Below, one piece after another: positions 46,339-56,350 of a stretch of 64,000 nt of DNA. This DNA is from a virus (taxonomy: Duplodnaviria; Caudoviricetes), in IMG/VR virus record IMGVR_UViG_3300028591_000004, positions 1-64,000 of that record, one strand, 5' to 3'. Under the pieces are notes generated by a model. It was given only the letters and a program-made list of their open reading frames with translations, made no database searches and had not been told where the DNA came from. The number at the start of each line of letters is the position of its first letter. Position 1 is the stretch's first letter. The position numbers and the translations under genes are program-made.

Positions 46339-46761
46339 ATGAAGAACCTGAACATCGTTGGACGCATCACGAAGGACGCCACTCTGGAGACTCGCAAGAT
46401 CGGTGATACCGAGATTGCTGTGACCAATTTCAATGTGGCTGTGAACACCCGCAAGGCGACCTCTAAGAGGGACCAGAACGGCAAGCGGATCTATGACACC
46501 CTGACCGACTACTTCCGCGTTACTCTGTGGCGCGATCATGCGAAGGCCATGGTGCCTTATCTGCAGAAGGGCCGGCTGGTTTCTATCCAGGGCGACTTCG
46601 AGCTGGAAACCTGGATGGACCGGCAGAACCAGATCCACCCGGTGGCCCACTTCACTTCTCCGGCTCTGGAGCTGCTGGACGCTACCAAGACCCAGGCCGA
46701 GGAACCCGCTGAGACGACTCCTGCGCCTGCTGCGGAGCCTGATGAGCTGCCCTTCGACTAA
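46339..46761 (+). CDS. ssb: Single-stranded DNA-binding protein
   Basis: IVGRITKDA, FNVAVN, YLQKGRLVSIQG, C-terminal DELPFD; terminator follows at about 46773-46806. Confidence 0.92.
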   Translation: MKNLNIVGRITKDATLETRKIGDTEIAVTNFNVAVNTRKATSKRDQNGKRIYDTLTDYFRVTLWRDHAKAMVPYLQKGRLVSIQGDFELETWMDRQNQIHPVAHFTSPALELLDATKTQAEEPAETTPAPAAEPDELPFD

Positions 46762-46825
46762 TACGAATATATGCGGCCTGCCCGAAAGGGTGGGCCGCAT
46801 TTTTTTGTCTGTGTTTGTCAAAGCG

Positions 46826-46858
46826 TTTTCTCCGGTTTCGAAAATCGACATAATGGAG
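46826..46858 (+). promoter_or_regulatory. Phage-specific promoter-like motif, copy 3
   Basis: TTTTCTCCGGTTTCGAAAATCGACATAATGGAG, just after the ssb terminator. Confidence 0.6.
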
Positions 46859-47020
46859 GACTGTTAAAGTGCCCGACTTTTTCAGGTGAGCCATATTTTT
46901 TCCAGCCCCCTTTTTTCCTCCACCCCGCGTCTTCCCCAGCAGCGCGCCCCCTTACTGGTACGGTGGTGCTCGACTCCGGGCGCACACTATACAATATATA
47001 TTTTCGACGGGAGGTTTTTT

Positions 47021-47302
47021 ATGGAGACCTGTTTTAACTACTGCGACAAGGACGTTGCTTTTTTCAGCTCCGACGAGAAGCGCTGGATCAATAAAATTCG
47101 CAAACTGAAGAAGCAGCACCCCGACGAGATCAAAATCTTAGCCGAACCCGAAACCAACGACGGTTGCATTTACTGCCGTCTTCCTGCCTATACGCTCCAG
47201 ATTCGCTTCAAGAGGGAGTACACCGAGGAAGAGAGAAAAGCAATCGCAGACCGACTTACTGGCTCGAAGAAAACTGACATTTCTGAAAACACTATTGAAT
47301 AG
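47021..47302 (+). CDS. Phage hypothetical protein
   Basis: METCFNYC...SSDEKRWINKIRKL; RBS GGGAGG. Confidence 0.7.
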   Translation: METCFNYCDKDVAFFSSDEKRWINKIRKLKKQHPDEIKILAEPETNDGCIYCRLPAYTLQIRFKREYTEEERKAIADRLTGSKKTDISENTIE

Positions 47303-47484
47303 GCATTTTTCGATACGAATTAGCCGTTCAGTTATTCGGATGATAATTTGTTCGTCTGAATATCTGGACGAGCTAATCGCATTTAAAATCTCCTTTGTCA
47401 AAGGTGTTTTTTTACAAGCGTGACTGATTAGAACTTCGTAACTGCAAGATTTCCTCCGTGACAGGATTTATATTTGATAAAATA

Positions 47485-47517
47485 TTTTCTCCGGTTTCGA
47501 AAATTAGCATAATGGAG
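47485..47517 (+). promoter_or_regulatory. Phage-specific promoter-like motif, copy 4 (upstream of tRNA-Gln)
   Basis: TTTTCTCCGGTTTCGAAAATTAGCATAATGGAG. Confidence 0.6.
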
Positions 47518-47604
47518 TATAAATGCATTCGCATTCCGGAAACCGACACCGTCGCAAGCGACGGTCGATACAAAGAAATAATCCAACTCCCGCCGTAAAC
47601 CTAT

Positions 47605-47676
47605 AGTCGCGTCGCCAAGAGGCAAGGCAACGGACTTTGACTCCGTCATTCGCACGTTCGATTCGTGCCGCGACTG
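47605..47676 (+). tRNA. tRNA-Gln(TTG)
   Basis: AGTCGCG/CGCGACT acceptor, ACGGA-CTTTGAC-TCCGT anticodon arm, GTTCGATTC T loop. Confidence 0.92.
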
Positions 47677-48001
47677 CATTCGTACATGAGCGAACATAAC
47701 CTACTGACAGGCTGACATCCTACTGTCCGTGTTGTGTGTGCATAGTTACCTTGGGGCACGTTAAACAAGTGTCGAACAGTCCAGTCTGTTCGGACACCTC
47801 CTTTCTAAGTTTGCTAAGGGTCTTGTCAGTACTGTGAAGTTTCTCTCTTCTGCTCCGGATCTGACCGTTCGTGCGGCCAGCCCTCCGCACAGACAATTGG
47901 GATAGATGGGTTGTCTGCGGATGCGGATCTGCTCGGGAAGAGAATTAAACTTTATTCGGCCGCTGTTGAAGGGCGGCCGAAAGAAAAAAGGAGTGAGAAG
48001 C

Positions 48002-48172
48002 GTGACTGGTTTTGTCCCGTACAGCAAGATGAGTAAGAAACAGAAAAAAGAAAAGGACAGACAGAACCGCACTCTGTGGAATATGCCGTGTATAACTAAA
48101 GTAAAACCCAGTGGTAAAATATACAGCCGGAAAGATAAATCCATGACTGGAAATCCTTATTCCCTGTATTGA
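48002..48172 (+). CDS. Small basic hypothetical protein
   Basis: GTG start after AAGGAG; FVPYSKMSKKQKKEKDRQNR. Confidence 0.55.
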   Translation: MTGFVPYSKMSKKQKKEKDRQNRTLWNMPCITKVKPSGKIYSRKDKSMTGNPYSLY

Positions 48173-48249
48173 GGGTGCCGCCGAATACAAAAACTGAGAT
48201 TGTTCGCATTTGCGGCTGAAGGTTAGAGTTGAGATTCTCTTGCCGGAGA

Positions 48250-49030
48250 AGAATGACTGAGATAGGCCTATTATCTAAAGAATAATAAAATCCTCTATAG
48301 AACAATGTTTGAGAGTGGAAATTGTCTTGTAAAGAATACAATTCCAGAATGTAAGTACTGTTTCTCTCTCTATGATTGTTTGTTTTCATTTAAGTCTTTT
48401 GTTTTTATACGCTTCTTAACGGAGTATATCTCTTTATGGAGAGATATACTCCTAAAGCTAAAACAAAAGCCTTAAAGAAAACAAATTTCTAAAGAATGAT
48501 TTGGATTCTATCTCAAATAAACGAATTGCTAAAGAAATAACTGAATTTTCGATAGTAGAATTGATTCATTGAATTATCCTTCCGGAAACAAAAAGATTCT
48601 TCTATAGGAGAATCTATCTCCTATGATTGGATTTCTGAACAAAGAAAAAGATTCTATATAGCAGGATTAATCTTAATAAAGAGGATTCTATTAGAACAGA
48701 ACAGTTCTCTTTCTAATAAATCTCTCTCTTCTCTTTCTCTTTCTAATAAATCTCTCTTCTCTCTTTCTTCTTTCCTTTTTCATTTTGTCTCTCCTATAGA
48801 ATAATCCTTTTCTATAAAACAATTTCTTTTCTCTGTTATTGTCTTATAGAAAACAATCCCTTTCTATGAATTGGACTCTTTAAAAAGAAACGGTTCTCTA
48901 TAAAATGATCTTATCTCATATAGAACAATCTTTCTGAGAAAAAACAACTCTCTATAGAAGGATTGATTCTTTATAAAAAGAACTTCCTGAAGAAAGATTC
49001 TTTCTTTAATATATATATTATATATAGATA
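48250..49030. other. AT-rich non-coding region with recurring CTCTATAG / GATTCT motifs; candidate replication origin
   Basis: No credible ORF; duplicated TTCTCTTTCTAATAAATCTCTCT near 48705-48760; palindromes such as GGAGTATATCTC...GAGATATACTCC. Confidence 0.4.
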
Positions 49031-49044
49031 AGGGAAGTGAATAT

Positions 49045-49117
49045 GCCGGTATAGCTCAATTGGCAGAGCAGCTGATTTGTAATCAGCAGGTTTTCGGTTC
49101 GAGTCCGAATACCGGCT
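49045..49117 (+). tRNA. tRNA-Thr(TGT)
   Basis: GCCGGTA/TACCGGC acceptor; GCTGA-TTTGTAA-TCAGC. Confidence 0.95.
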
Positions 49118-49144
49118 CTTTTTTTTTATACAAGGAGGGATAGT

Positions 49145-49492
49145 ATGTATTGGACAATAGAAACACAGCCGGAAAATAAAGGCTTTTATTTGTGTACATG
49201 CGGAAATAATGTTGTAATGTTGTATTTCAACGGTAAGGAATGGATTGAAGGAGAAAATATTGTTTCGGATAAAGTTATTGCGTTTAGATCTTTACCGCAG
49301 CCTTATCAGCCAACAACAACGGACGCTATTTCCGACAAAATAGATATTCTTTCTTTACGTTTAAGCATCCTTAAGGATCTTTTACCTTACACGAATACAA
49401 ATCTCAACGATAAAATTGCGAATCTTTTAGACGATACAATTATGCATCTCGGTTCATACATCTCTATTGCAAAATACGAAAAAGAAAACTAA
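49145..49492 (+). CDS. DUF551-like phage protein
   Basis: W..ETQPENKGFYLCT...VIAFRSLPQPY pattern. Confidence 0.55.
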   Translation: MYWTIETQPENKGFYLCTCGNNVVMLYFNGKEWIEGENIVSDKVIAFRSLPQPYQPTTTDAISDKIDILSLRLSILKDLLPYTNTNLNDKIANLLDDTIMHLGSYISIAKYEKEN

Positions 49493-49505
49493 AGGAGAAA
49501 TACAA

Positions 49506-52170
49506 ATGCAACTGTTGCTTTCTACCGAAAACAGTGTTTACCGAATCGAAGTCAAGAAACCTACAAAACAGGAATTAGATAATATTACTCAGCCCGATTT
49601 CGAAGGACAAACCAGCCCCAAACAGGTTTATGTCGACAGACAGCTTCAGGAATTAGCCAGGGCGTTAACGCAAACCGGATACAGATACGATTGCTACGAA
49701 TAAGGAGAAAATGCTTTACACAGTTTATGTTTCAGCAACAATCGACAAAACAGTCGAAGTAGAAGCAGACGATCCGGTATACGCAATGTCCCTTGCAGAA
49801 GACAAAGTTTGTTCTATGTTAAGGGGAACTCCAGATGTTACAGCCGTAGAGGCATACGAATATACTGAGCGTGACTGACGGAAACACATTAGGCGTGACT
49901 GGCCGCAAAACATTGAAAGTGACTGAAAAATGAAAATCTACGTACTTGTTAAAAACATCGAAGCGGACATCGATTACAGTTGGGATTACACTCCTTACGA
50001 AATTATCGAAGCAAATACGTCTCGAGCACGACTGGAAGAGATAAAAAAAGAATACGAGAAACTAAACGGCGGGGAAGTATGGGAAGAATATTACGACAAC
50101 TTCACTTGCTGTTACACAATCGAAGAAGTAGAACTGAAAGGAGAAAGCCTACAATGAACTTTGAACAGCAGAATATTCCTGTAGACAGAGTTTACAGTCT
50201 CACACGACTGGTTTCAGCCTGCGAAAAGAACAATGTCGGTTTAGAGAATGTTGTTTTCTTTCAAAACGGTTTTCAGGTGTTGTTCGAAGACATGCCGGGA
50301 GATGCGGTTTTGCACGACTATTCCTACGGGAACAAGGCGTGTATGTGGGAAACAATAGGCTTTCCGTGGGATTGCTCCGACGTATCTGTTCACGAAGCAG
50401 AAACACTCGCAAAAATGCTCGGTGCTTTAAAGACCGGAAATGACTGGAAATTATTCGAGGAAGAATAAACATGAATGTTAAAGACCTGTACAGCCAAATT
50501 TTAGATCTTCTTCCAGACAGTCCTCCGGACAGCAGCGACTGGCACGGCTTCTGGGCTAATAAACACGATCAGGAAATCATGTGTGAGTCAGATACCCAGG
50601 CAGATGTGTTAGCCGATTTCTTCGAGGATTTAGGTTTCGATGTTATGCATACGCATCACTACAACTACGGTGAATGTGTTGTCAACGAGGATTGCTACGG
50701 CTGGTGGAGTGTTTATCCGGACTAAGGAGAGAAAATGAGATTTTACGTAACATACAAAATAAATGCAAGGTATGAGGCTCTTGTAGAGGCAAACACAGTC
50801 GAAGAAGCACGGGAGAAAGCAAAAGAAGAATATTGGGATGCGAACTTCGGTGAATGCCACGACATAGACGGTGATCAAATAAGTGTTGAGGATGAAAACG
50901 GTAATATTCTTTGGGAGAAGTAAATGCATAAAGCAATAAGAGCTGTTTTAAGGTCTATTATCAAGCACAAACGTATTTGTAAAATATTCGAACAATGGAA
51001 ATGGTTCAATCACTTGTGTTACGAAGAAGCACAGGCGGTGATCGGAAATCGACCTTGGAAGTAAGGAATTTTACGATGTGGGTAGATGCTAAAGCTGTAT
51101 GCTACGATCTTGCCGGAATGTGGGCAAGCCGAAAGAACAGAAGAAAATCCAGATGGAAACGTAAATTTGCAAGAATGGGAATTAAAATTTAGAAGCATAG
51201 AACTGGAGTTGATTCTTAATGTACGATCTAACAAAAGCAAATGCGGATATCAAACGCCCAAGAGAATGGAATATTCTAGCCTCTCGATTTGATGAATATT
51301 CAAAAGAAACTTTTGACAAAATAATGCAGTTAATTGAACTAATTAAACAAGAAGAATAAATGTTTTATTCAGAATGGGACCAAAAGAAATGCTGAAACGA
51401 GGTAAAATATGCTAAAATGGACAAACTGTTCTTCTCCAGATGGACATACATATTTAAAATGCAAAAGCTGTAAACAGGAATTTTATGTTGTTTCAGCCGC
51501 ATATTACAGTAAAACAATCAATTTCTGTCCTTACTGCGGAGACTACGCACATAGGATTAAAAACTTAAGAGGTAAAGAAGATGAAGACTTTGGAGATTTA
51601 CAAGCAGGATCTGACTCCGGAAGCCCAGGCGAGACTGGAAGAGTTTACGAATGGTGACGATAACTATGATGTCTTTCCTATTGCAACACTCGAAGTAGAA
51701 GAAGACGATCAAAGCGGATGATCCTGGAAGGAGATTTCAATGAGCATAAAAGATAAAATGGTTTTAAATCAATACGCTCAAAAAATATTCGGGTGTTTTT
51801 ACGACGATCTCTCGGAAAATGAGGCACAAATGCTTATCGGTTATGTTCATGAACACGATCCGGAATTTGAAAATCACAGAGGAATAATTCAATGACCAAA
51901 GCGGAACAGATTAATTTTGCACTTGTCAAAGTCAGCGAGATATTGAACATTATTCGTCCCAACGACTGGGCTGTCAAATATATTAAAGTCGAAGACGTAA
52001 ATTCCCTTGGACTGTCTGAATATCAAAAATCATATTACGGCATTGTTTCCGGAGAAGAATATTTCATGGTCTACATAAGCAATCAGCTGAGATATGTTGT
52101 GAATGTAACCGGTGACAATGTAATGACTTCACTTCAGGAATTAATTGACGTTCTTGCAAAGAAATTTTAA
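49506..52170 (+). other. Cluster of small hypothetical ORFs: 49506-49703, 49711-49878, 49930-50157, 50154-50468, 50471-50725, 50735-50923, 51409-51657 (Zn ribbon), 51892-52170
   Basis: Tightly packed plus-strand ORFs, most with AAGGAG-type RBS. Confidence 0.6.
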
Positions 52171-52338
52171 AGGAGATCGAACATGGTAAGTAACGCGTTG
52201 AGCTCAATAATTATGTTTACAGAAGCTGTGAGTTTAATCGGTCTCGTATGCACTGGTATCTGTTTAATTGTTTCGTACGCTGGTGAATTTATTGAAAAAT
52301 ACATTGAATGGTAAAACGTAAAGTCTGAAAGGAGAGGA

Positions 52339-53025
52339 GTGTACATGCTTTACGAGGTTGCCGGGAACCTGTTGACAAATGAAAAAATAAATATCTTTTG
52401 TCATCAGACAAACTGCAAGGGAAAGATGGGAGCCGGAATTGCAAAAGCAATAGCTGAAAAATACCCCATTGTTTCTCATGAAAACTATAAATATTGTTCA
52501 AGCATGGGCTACAGCAGGAACATTCTTGGGACAAATTTGTATGTGAAAGTTTCACCCCAAAGAACCTGTGTCAATATGTATGCTCAATACAATTACGGGA
52601 GATCTGGCATTTATACTGAATACGATAAGTTCCAGTCTTGTTTGGACAGATTAGCCGAGAAACTGAACAAATCCAGTCCTTCTTTCAATGTTGGGTTCCC
52701 AGCCGGAATCGGATGTGGAAGTGCCGGAGGAGACTGGAATTTTGTAAAGCCAATGATTGAATACTTTTCAACCGAGATTAAACAAAACGTATATCTTGTT
52801 TCGTACTCGGATGAAAGCAGGCATTTGTTTGATGTCACAGCCATGTTTATAGGCAACTCCATGTCTATCTCAAACGAATGGCATAGAATCAACATTCAGG
52901 TTTTACCCAAAAACTACCTTGTAAAGTGTGGGAACACCCAGAAATTCTACAGTTCGAAATCTTCATTGCTGAATGACTGGCACTGTATTGAGGAAATCGA
53001 ACTTCCGGATCTACCAATGCGTTAA
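52339..53025 (+). CDS. Macro-domain (ADP-ribose binding/hydrolase) protein
   Basis: GNLL..IFCHQTNCKGKMGAGIAKAI, VNMYAQ, FPAGIGCGSAGGDW. Confidence 0.85.
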   Translation: MYMLYEVAGNLLTNEKINIFCHQTNCKGKMGAGIAKAIAEKYPIVSHENYKYCSSMGYSRNILGTNLYVKVSPQRTCVNMYAQYNYGRSGIYTEYDKFQSCLDRLAEKLNKSSPSFNVGFPAGIGCGSAGGDWNFVKPMIEYFSTEIKQNVYLVSYSDESRHLFDVTAMFIGNSMSISNEWHRINIQVLPKNYLVKCGNTQKFYSSKSSLLNDWHCIEEIELPDLPMR

Positions 53026-53090
53026 TATATTTTAATCTTACTTAAGGTATAAGGCATAAGGTCATTCTTCATTCTGAAAGGAGCTTTCTT

Positions 53091-53279
53091 ATGCGTATAC
53101 ATGTGTACAAAGACAACGAGGATTTCTATATCGAGTTTAAAGACCCCCAAAATACAGAGCTCAAAGAAGAAAACGAACGATTAACTCCAGAAGAACTTTA
53201 TACAAATAAAAAACTGGAGATGCTTACAAGACTTTTAACAACTGGCTGTAAGTATAAATTGTTGTCCTGTACGCAGTGA
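53091..53279 (+). CDS. Small hypothetical protein
   Basis: RBS AAGGAG; weakly similar to 49506-49703. Confidence 0.55.
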   Translation: MRIHVYKDNEDFYIEFKDPQNTELKEENERLTPEELYTNKKLEMLTRLLTTGCKYKLLSCTQ

Positions 53280-53361
53280 AATCAGTTTCGCGAACTGTAA
53301 ATATAACGTCTGTTTGGGCGGCACGGGACAGCCGCCCGGACAGATTAAGAGGAGGATTAAA

Positions 53362-53622
53362 ATGAACAGGGGAATCCGCAGGAAGAACGATTACAATAAA
53401 GCGATCAGGAAGCAGAATATTGCACGTTTTGTTTACGGCTTTCAATGGTACGACAATCTTCACGAATACTCCAAAGGAAAAATTCATTGTTCCTGTCCTC
53501 TGTGCGCGGCCAAGACCAATCCGAAGCGTAAAAGGATTGGGCATGGATATACAATCAAAGACACCAAGAGAGTGAATGAAATGTCGTACGAGGAGGCGTA
53601 TATGTGTGAGGAAGAATTTTAA
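53362..53622 (+). CDS. Basic hypothetical protein with HCSCPLC motif
   Basis: RBS AGGAGG; KGKIHCSCPLC. Confidence 0.65.
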   Translation: MNRGIRRKNDYNKAIRKQNIARFVYGFQWYDNLHEYSKGKIHCSCPLCAAKTNPKRKRIGHGYTIKDTKRVNEMSYEEAYMCEEEF

Positions 53623-54028
53623 ACAGTTAATTCTTAAGTTTGGGGATAGCGGCCAGTTAATTCTTGATCCAGAGGATATTGAATATTTATCAGCTTGGAA
53701 TATTGTAAAGCATTTGATGTTGATTGACTGTTCAAAAGCGATTTACGAAAGAGATATTGCTAAGGATATTTGCTTAATTCTAAAAAAGTCTGCGAATAAA
53801 CAATTTGATTCTTTCGGCACAGTGTTTGAAAGACTTATGTATTCCAGAGACATTGTTACGCTGCGTTTTGTGTATGAAGACGAAACTCAGGAAATAGACG
53901 TCGACTGGAAAGATGAAAATGAATACGGGTCCGACAACAAAAGGCAGACATTTGCAATGAAAGGCGATAGTCTTTTAATTGCGATAGGAAAACTGAAAGC
54001 AAAAGATTATCTTAAAGGTTTCAATTAG
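53606..54028 (+). CDS. Hypothetical protein
   Basis: GTG start after AGGAGG. Confidence 0.55.
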   Translation: MRKNFKQLILKFGDSGQLILDPEDIEYLSAWNIVKHLMLIDCSKAIYERDIAKDICLILKKSANKQFDSFGTVFERLMYSRDIVTLRFVYEDETQEIDVDWKDENEYGSDNKRQTFAMKGDSLLIAIGKLKAKDYLKGFN

Positions 54029-54099
54029 GGGCATTAGTTTAACGGCTAAAACTTTCGCTTTGCACGCGAAGGATAAGGTTTCGACTACCTTATGCTCCA
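54028..54099 (+). tRNA. tRNA-Ala(TGC)
   Basis: GGGGCAT/ATGCTCC with G3:U70; TTCGC-TTTGCAC-GCGAA. Confidence 0.85.
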
Positions 54100-54302
54100 C
54101 ATCAGGAGAGAAATCTCCTGAATATGCGGTTGCGCATAAGCATTAATCCGGAGCTTGCCACTCCGGGCCGTCAATTTAATATTGACTGAAAGCGGTGCAA
54201 TGAGTTCAGTCAAAAATGTCGCACAACTCCATTTGCCAGCAATACAATTATTTGTATTATTGCAAACGCGACGTAGGCGGAAACAATTATGTTTCCGTTT
54301 AT

Positions 54303-54389
54303 GCGGATATGGCGGAATAGGCAGACGCCAGAGACTTAAAATCTCTTGCTCAATAGAGCGTGTGGGTTCAAGTCCCACTATCCGCACCA
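54303..54389 (+). tRNA. tRNA-Leu(TAA)
   Basis: GCGGATA/TATCCGC, CTTAAAA loop, long variable arm, encoded CCA. Confidence 0.95.
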
Positions 54390-54472
54390 GTCCCCCAAAA
54401 GGGGACCGATTTCTGGCAACCGGGAAAGACCGGCATACTAACGGTTGATTGGCACTCTGGAAAGACAGAGAT

Positions 54473-54567
54473 TTGCAGGTGACGGAATAGGTAGACGTGA
54501 AAGGCAATAACATAGTGCCGGGGACGCCACTGTGTGCTATGTGAGGTGCAAATCCTCACCCTGTATC
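54473..54567 (+). ncRNA. tRNA-like RNA with atypical anticodon arm
   Basis: Leu-type D arm ACGGAATAGGTAGACGT, T arm GTGAGG-TGCAAAT-CCTCAC, TGCAGG/CCTGTA acceptor; no 7-nt anticodon loop. Confidence 0.5.
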
Positions 54568-54570
54568 TAT

Positions 54571-54655
54571 GCAGCGATGGCCGAGAGGCTTAAGGCATCT
54601 GTCTTGAAAACAGAAGAGTGTAAAAGCTCCGTGGGTTCAAATCCTACTCGCTGCG
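54571..54655 (+). tRNA. tRNA-Ser(TGA)
   Basis: GCAGCGA/TCGCTGC, TCTGT-CTTGAAA-ACAGA, long variable arm. Confidence 0.92.
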
Positions 54656-54661
54656 TTTTAT

Positions 54662-54739
54662 GCTCCACTAGCTAAGTTGGTTGTAGCGACGGCCTTATAA
54701 GCCGTGTCATTAAGCTGGGTTCGAGCCCCAGGTGGAGTA
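54662..54739 (+). tRNA. tRNA-Ile(TAT)
   Basis: GCTCCAC/GTGGAGT, ACGGC-CTTATAA-GCCGT, CTGGG-TTCGAGC-CCCAG. Confidence 0.8.
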
Positions 54740-54763
54740 CTATTTTTTTTAAAGGAGATTGAT

Positions 54764-54952
54764 ATGCACTTTTTCAAACAAAACTGTGATCCTGCTATTT
54801 ATTTTAACGGGAAAGCCTATCCAACCAGTGTTTATATGCAAGCCTATAACGAAGCCATGCATGATAAACAGCTTGAAAAAGAAATTGACGCTCTGGAAAA
54901 GAAATACATTCAACTGCATTTAGACGTGCTGATGAATGAACAAACCAATTAA
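54764..54952 (+). CDS. Small hypothetical protein
   Basis: RBS AAGGAG. Confidence 0.55.
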   Translation: MHFFKQNCDPAIYFNGKAYPTSVYMQAYNEAMHDKQLEKEIDALEKKYIQLHLDVLMNEQTN

Positions 54953-54978
54953 AACTATTTATTAAAGGAGACTGAACA

Positions 54979-55758
54979 ATGGCAAAGAAACTCGTAGCAG
55001 AAGTAACTAACAACGAAGGCGAACAGCAGGAAGTACAGTTCAATGAACAGACGGCGTCCGTGAGAGTAGAAATCAAGCGGGTCCCTGTAGAGAAAGCGCG
55101 TATCAAAATTGTCGGAGACTCTCCTTTGCTGGTCCATGCGTGGAGTGAGAAAGTCAAGAAAGAACTGCTTGCGAATATGCAGATGGACAAGCGGGAGAAA
55201 AAGCAGAAGACCCACGAAAAGAAAGACCCGTTTGCGGACTTTGTCGAAGCTGCTTATTGGATTACTCCGATGCCTGATGTTCGGGGTCTTGAACCCGAGA
55301 AGCAGATTGAACTGTTCGAAAAAGCAATCGACGACGGCGCCCAGTTTGGTTTCCCAGTTATTGCGTTTAAGAAGGCCGCTATTGCTGCCTGCTTGAGTTC
55401 TGGCTTGATTAAAAGTGTGTCTCTGATGCGGCGGTTGTTCCATGTCAATGCTGTGAATGGAGCTCATGTTAAGTCTTCTCAGGAGCTGGCCATTCTGAAG
55501 ATTGAAGAGCCTCCGGAACTGTCTGAAGACGTTGTTAAGGTTGGTCCTTTCAACAATCGTCAGCCAGACCTGAGATATCGCCCTTCTTTCAGGAAGTGGA
55601 GTACAGAACTGGAACTGAGCCTGATTAAAACCGGAATGTTTACGATGGAAGATATTGTTAATGCTATTGATATGGGTGGTTTTATGAACGGCGTTGGAGA
55701 ATGGCGAACCGAAAAAGACGGTGAATTCGGCAATTATCATGTCGAGATTACAGATTAA
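54979..55758 (+). CDS. Cas7/RAMP-like putative RNA-binding protein
   Basis: IKIVGDSPLLVH (RAMP beta1-like), FGFPVIAFKKA (IPxxxxKG-like), C-terminal Gly-rich loop GGFMNGVGEWRTEKDGEFGNYHV. Confidence 0.65.
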   Translation: MAKKLVAEVTNNEGEQQEVQFNEQTASVRVEIKRVPVEKARIKIVGDSPLLVHAWSEKVKKELLANMQMDKREKKQKTHEKKDPFADFVEAAYWITPMPDVRGLEPEKQIELFEKAIDDGAQFGFPVIAFKKAAIAACLSSGLIKSVSLMRRLFHVNAVNGAHVKSSQELAILKIEEPPELSEDVVKVGPFNNRQPDLRYRPSFRKWSTELELSLIKTGMFTMEDIVNAIDMGGFMNGVGEWRTEKDGEFGNYHVEITD

Positions 55759-55769
55759 GGAGGACTTTG

Positions 55770-56294
55770 ATGGCCGCATTTGAATATCGGTTTAAAATGC
55801 CCAAGATGCATAAGGTTTCCGCGGATGTTGCTGGTAAGATTTGTCAGGAGTTGTCTGATTCAGAAGACGGTTTGACTCCCAAGCGACTGGTCGATGTAAG
55901 TCGTAATAAGAACGCTCCTCTTCACGATGAATTTGAATGGGACGACTCCATTGCCGGAGAAAAATATCGTGAGCAGCAAGCTCAGACACTGATCCAGCAT
56001 TTGGTTATTGTTCAAACGGACAATGAGGCTGAAAGGATCGTCAAGCTTACAAAGCAAAACAAAGACTCAGAAGATGCTGAAGTAAAAGATTATCCGGCAG
56101 ATCGTGGATTTGTTTCTACCGGGGAGCATAACACTCGATATGTTCCTCTTGCTTCGGCTTTAACTAATGATTTATGGAGAGCCAGCTTGCTGGAGTCTGC
56201 ACGAAAGGACAGTAGAATTTTTGTGTCTAAGTACAACAGGTTGGAAGAGCTGGCTGAGATTGTCGACGATATGAACAGATTCCTTGGTGCCTGA
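55770..56294 (+). CDS. Hypothetical partner protein of the RAMP-like gene
   Basis: GLTPKRLVDVSRNKNAPLHDEFEWDDSIAGEKYREQQA; between RAMP-like gene and array. Confidence 0.75.
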   Translation: MAAFEYRFKMPKMHKVSADVAGKICQELSDSEDGLTPKRLVDVSRNKNAPLHDEFEWDDSIAGEKYREQQAQTLIQHLVIVQTDNEAERIVKLTKQNKDSEDAEVKDYPADRGFVSTGEHNTRYVPLASALTNDLWRASLLESARKDSRIFVSKYNRLEELAEIVDDMNRFLGA

Positions 56295-56350
56295 AAGTAA
56301 GGAGACACTATAAGATCTCCCGGAGTGGATGAAAGGTCTGAACATGGTCA

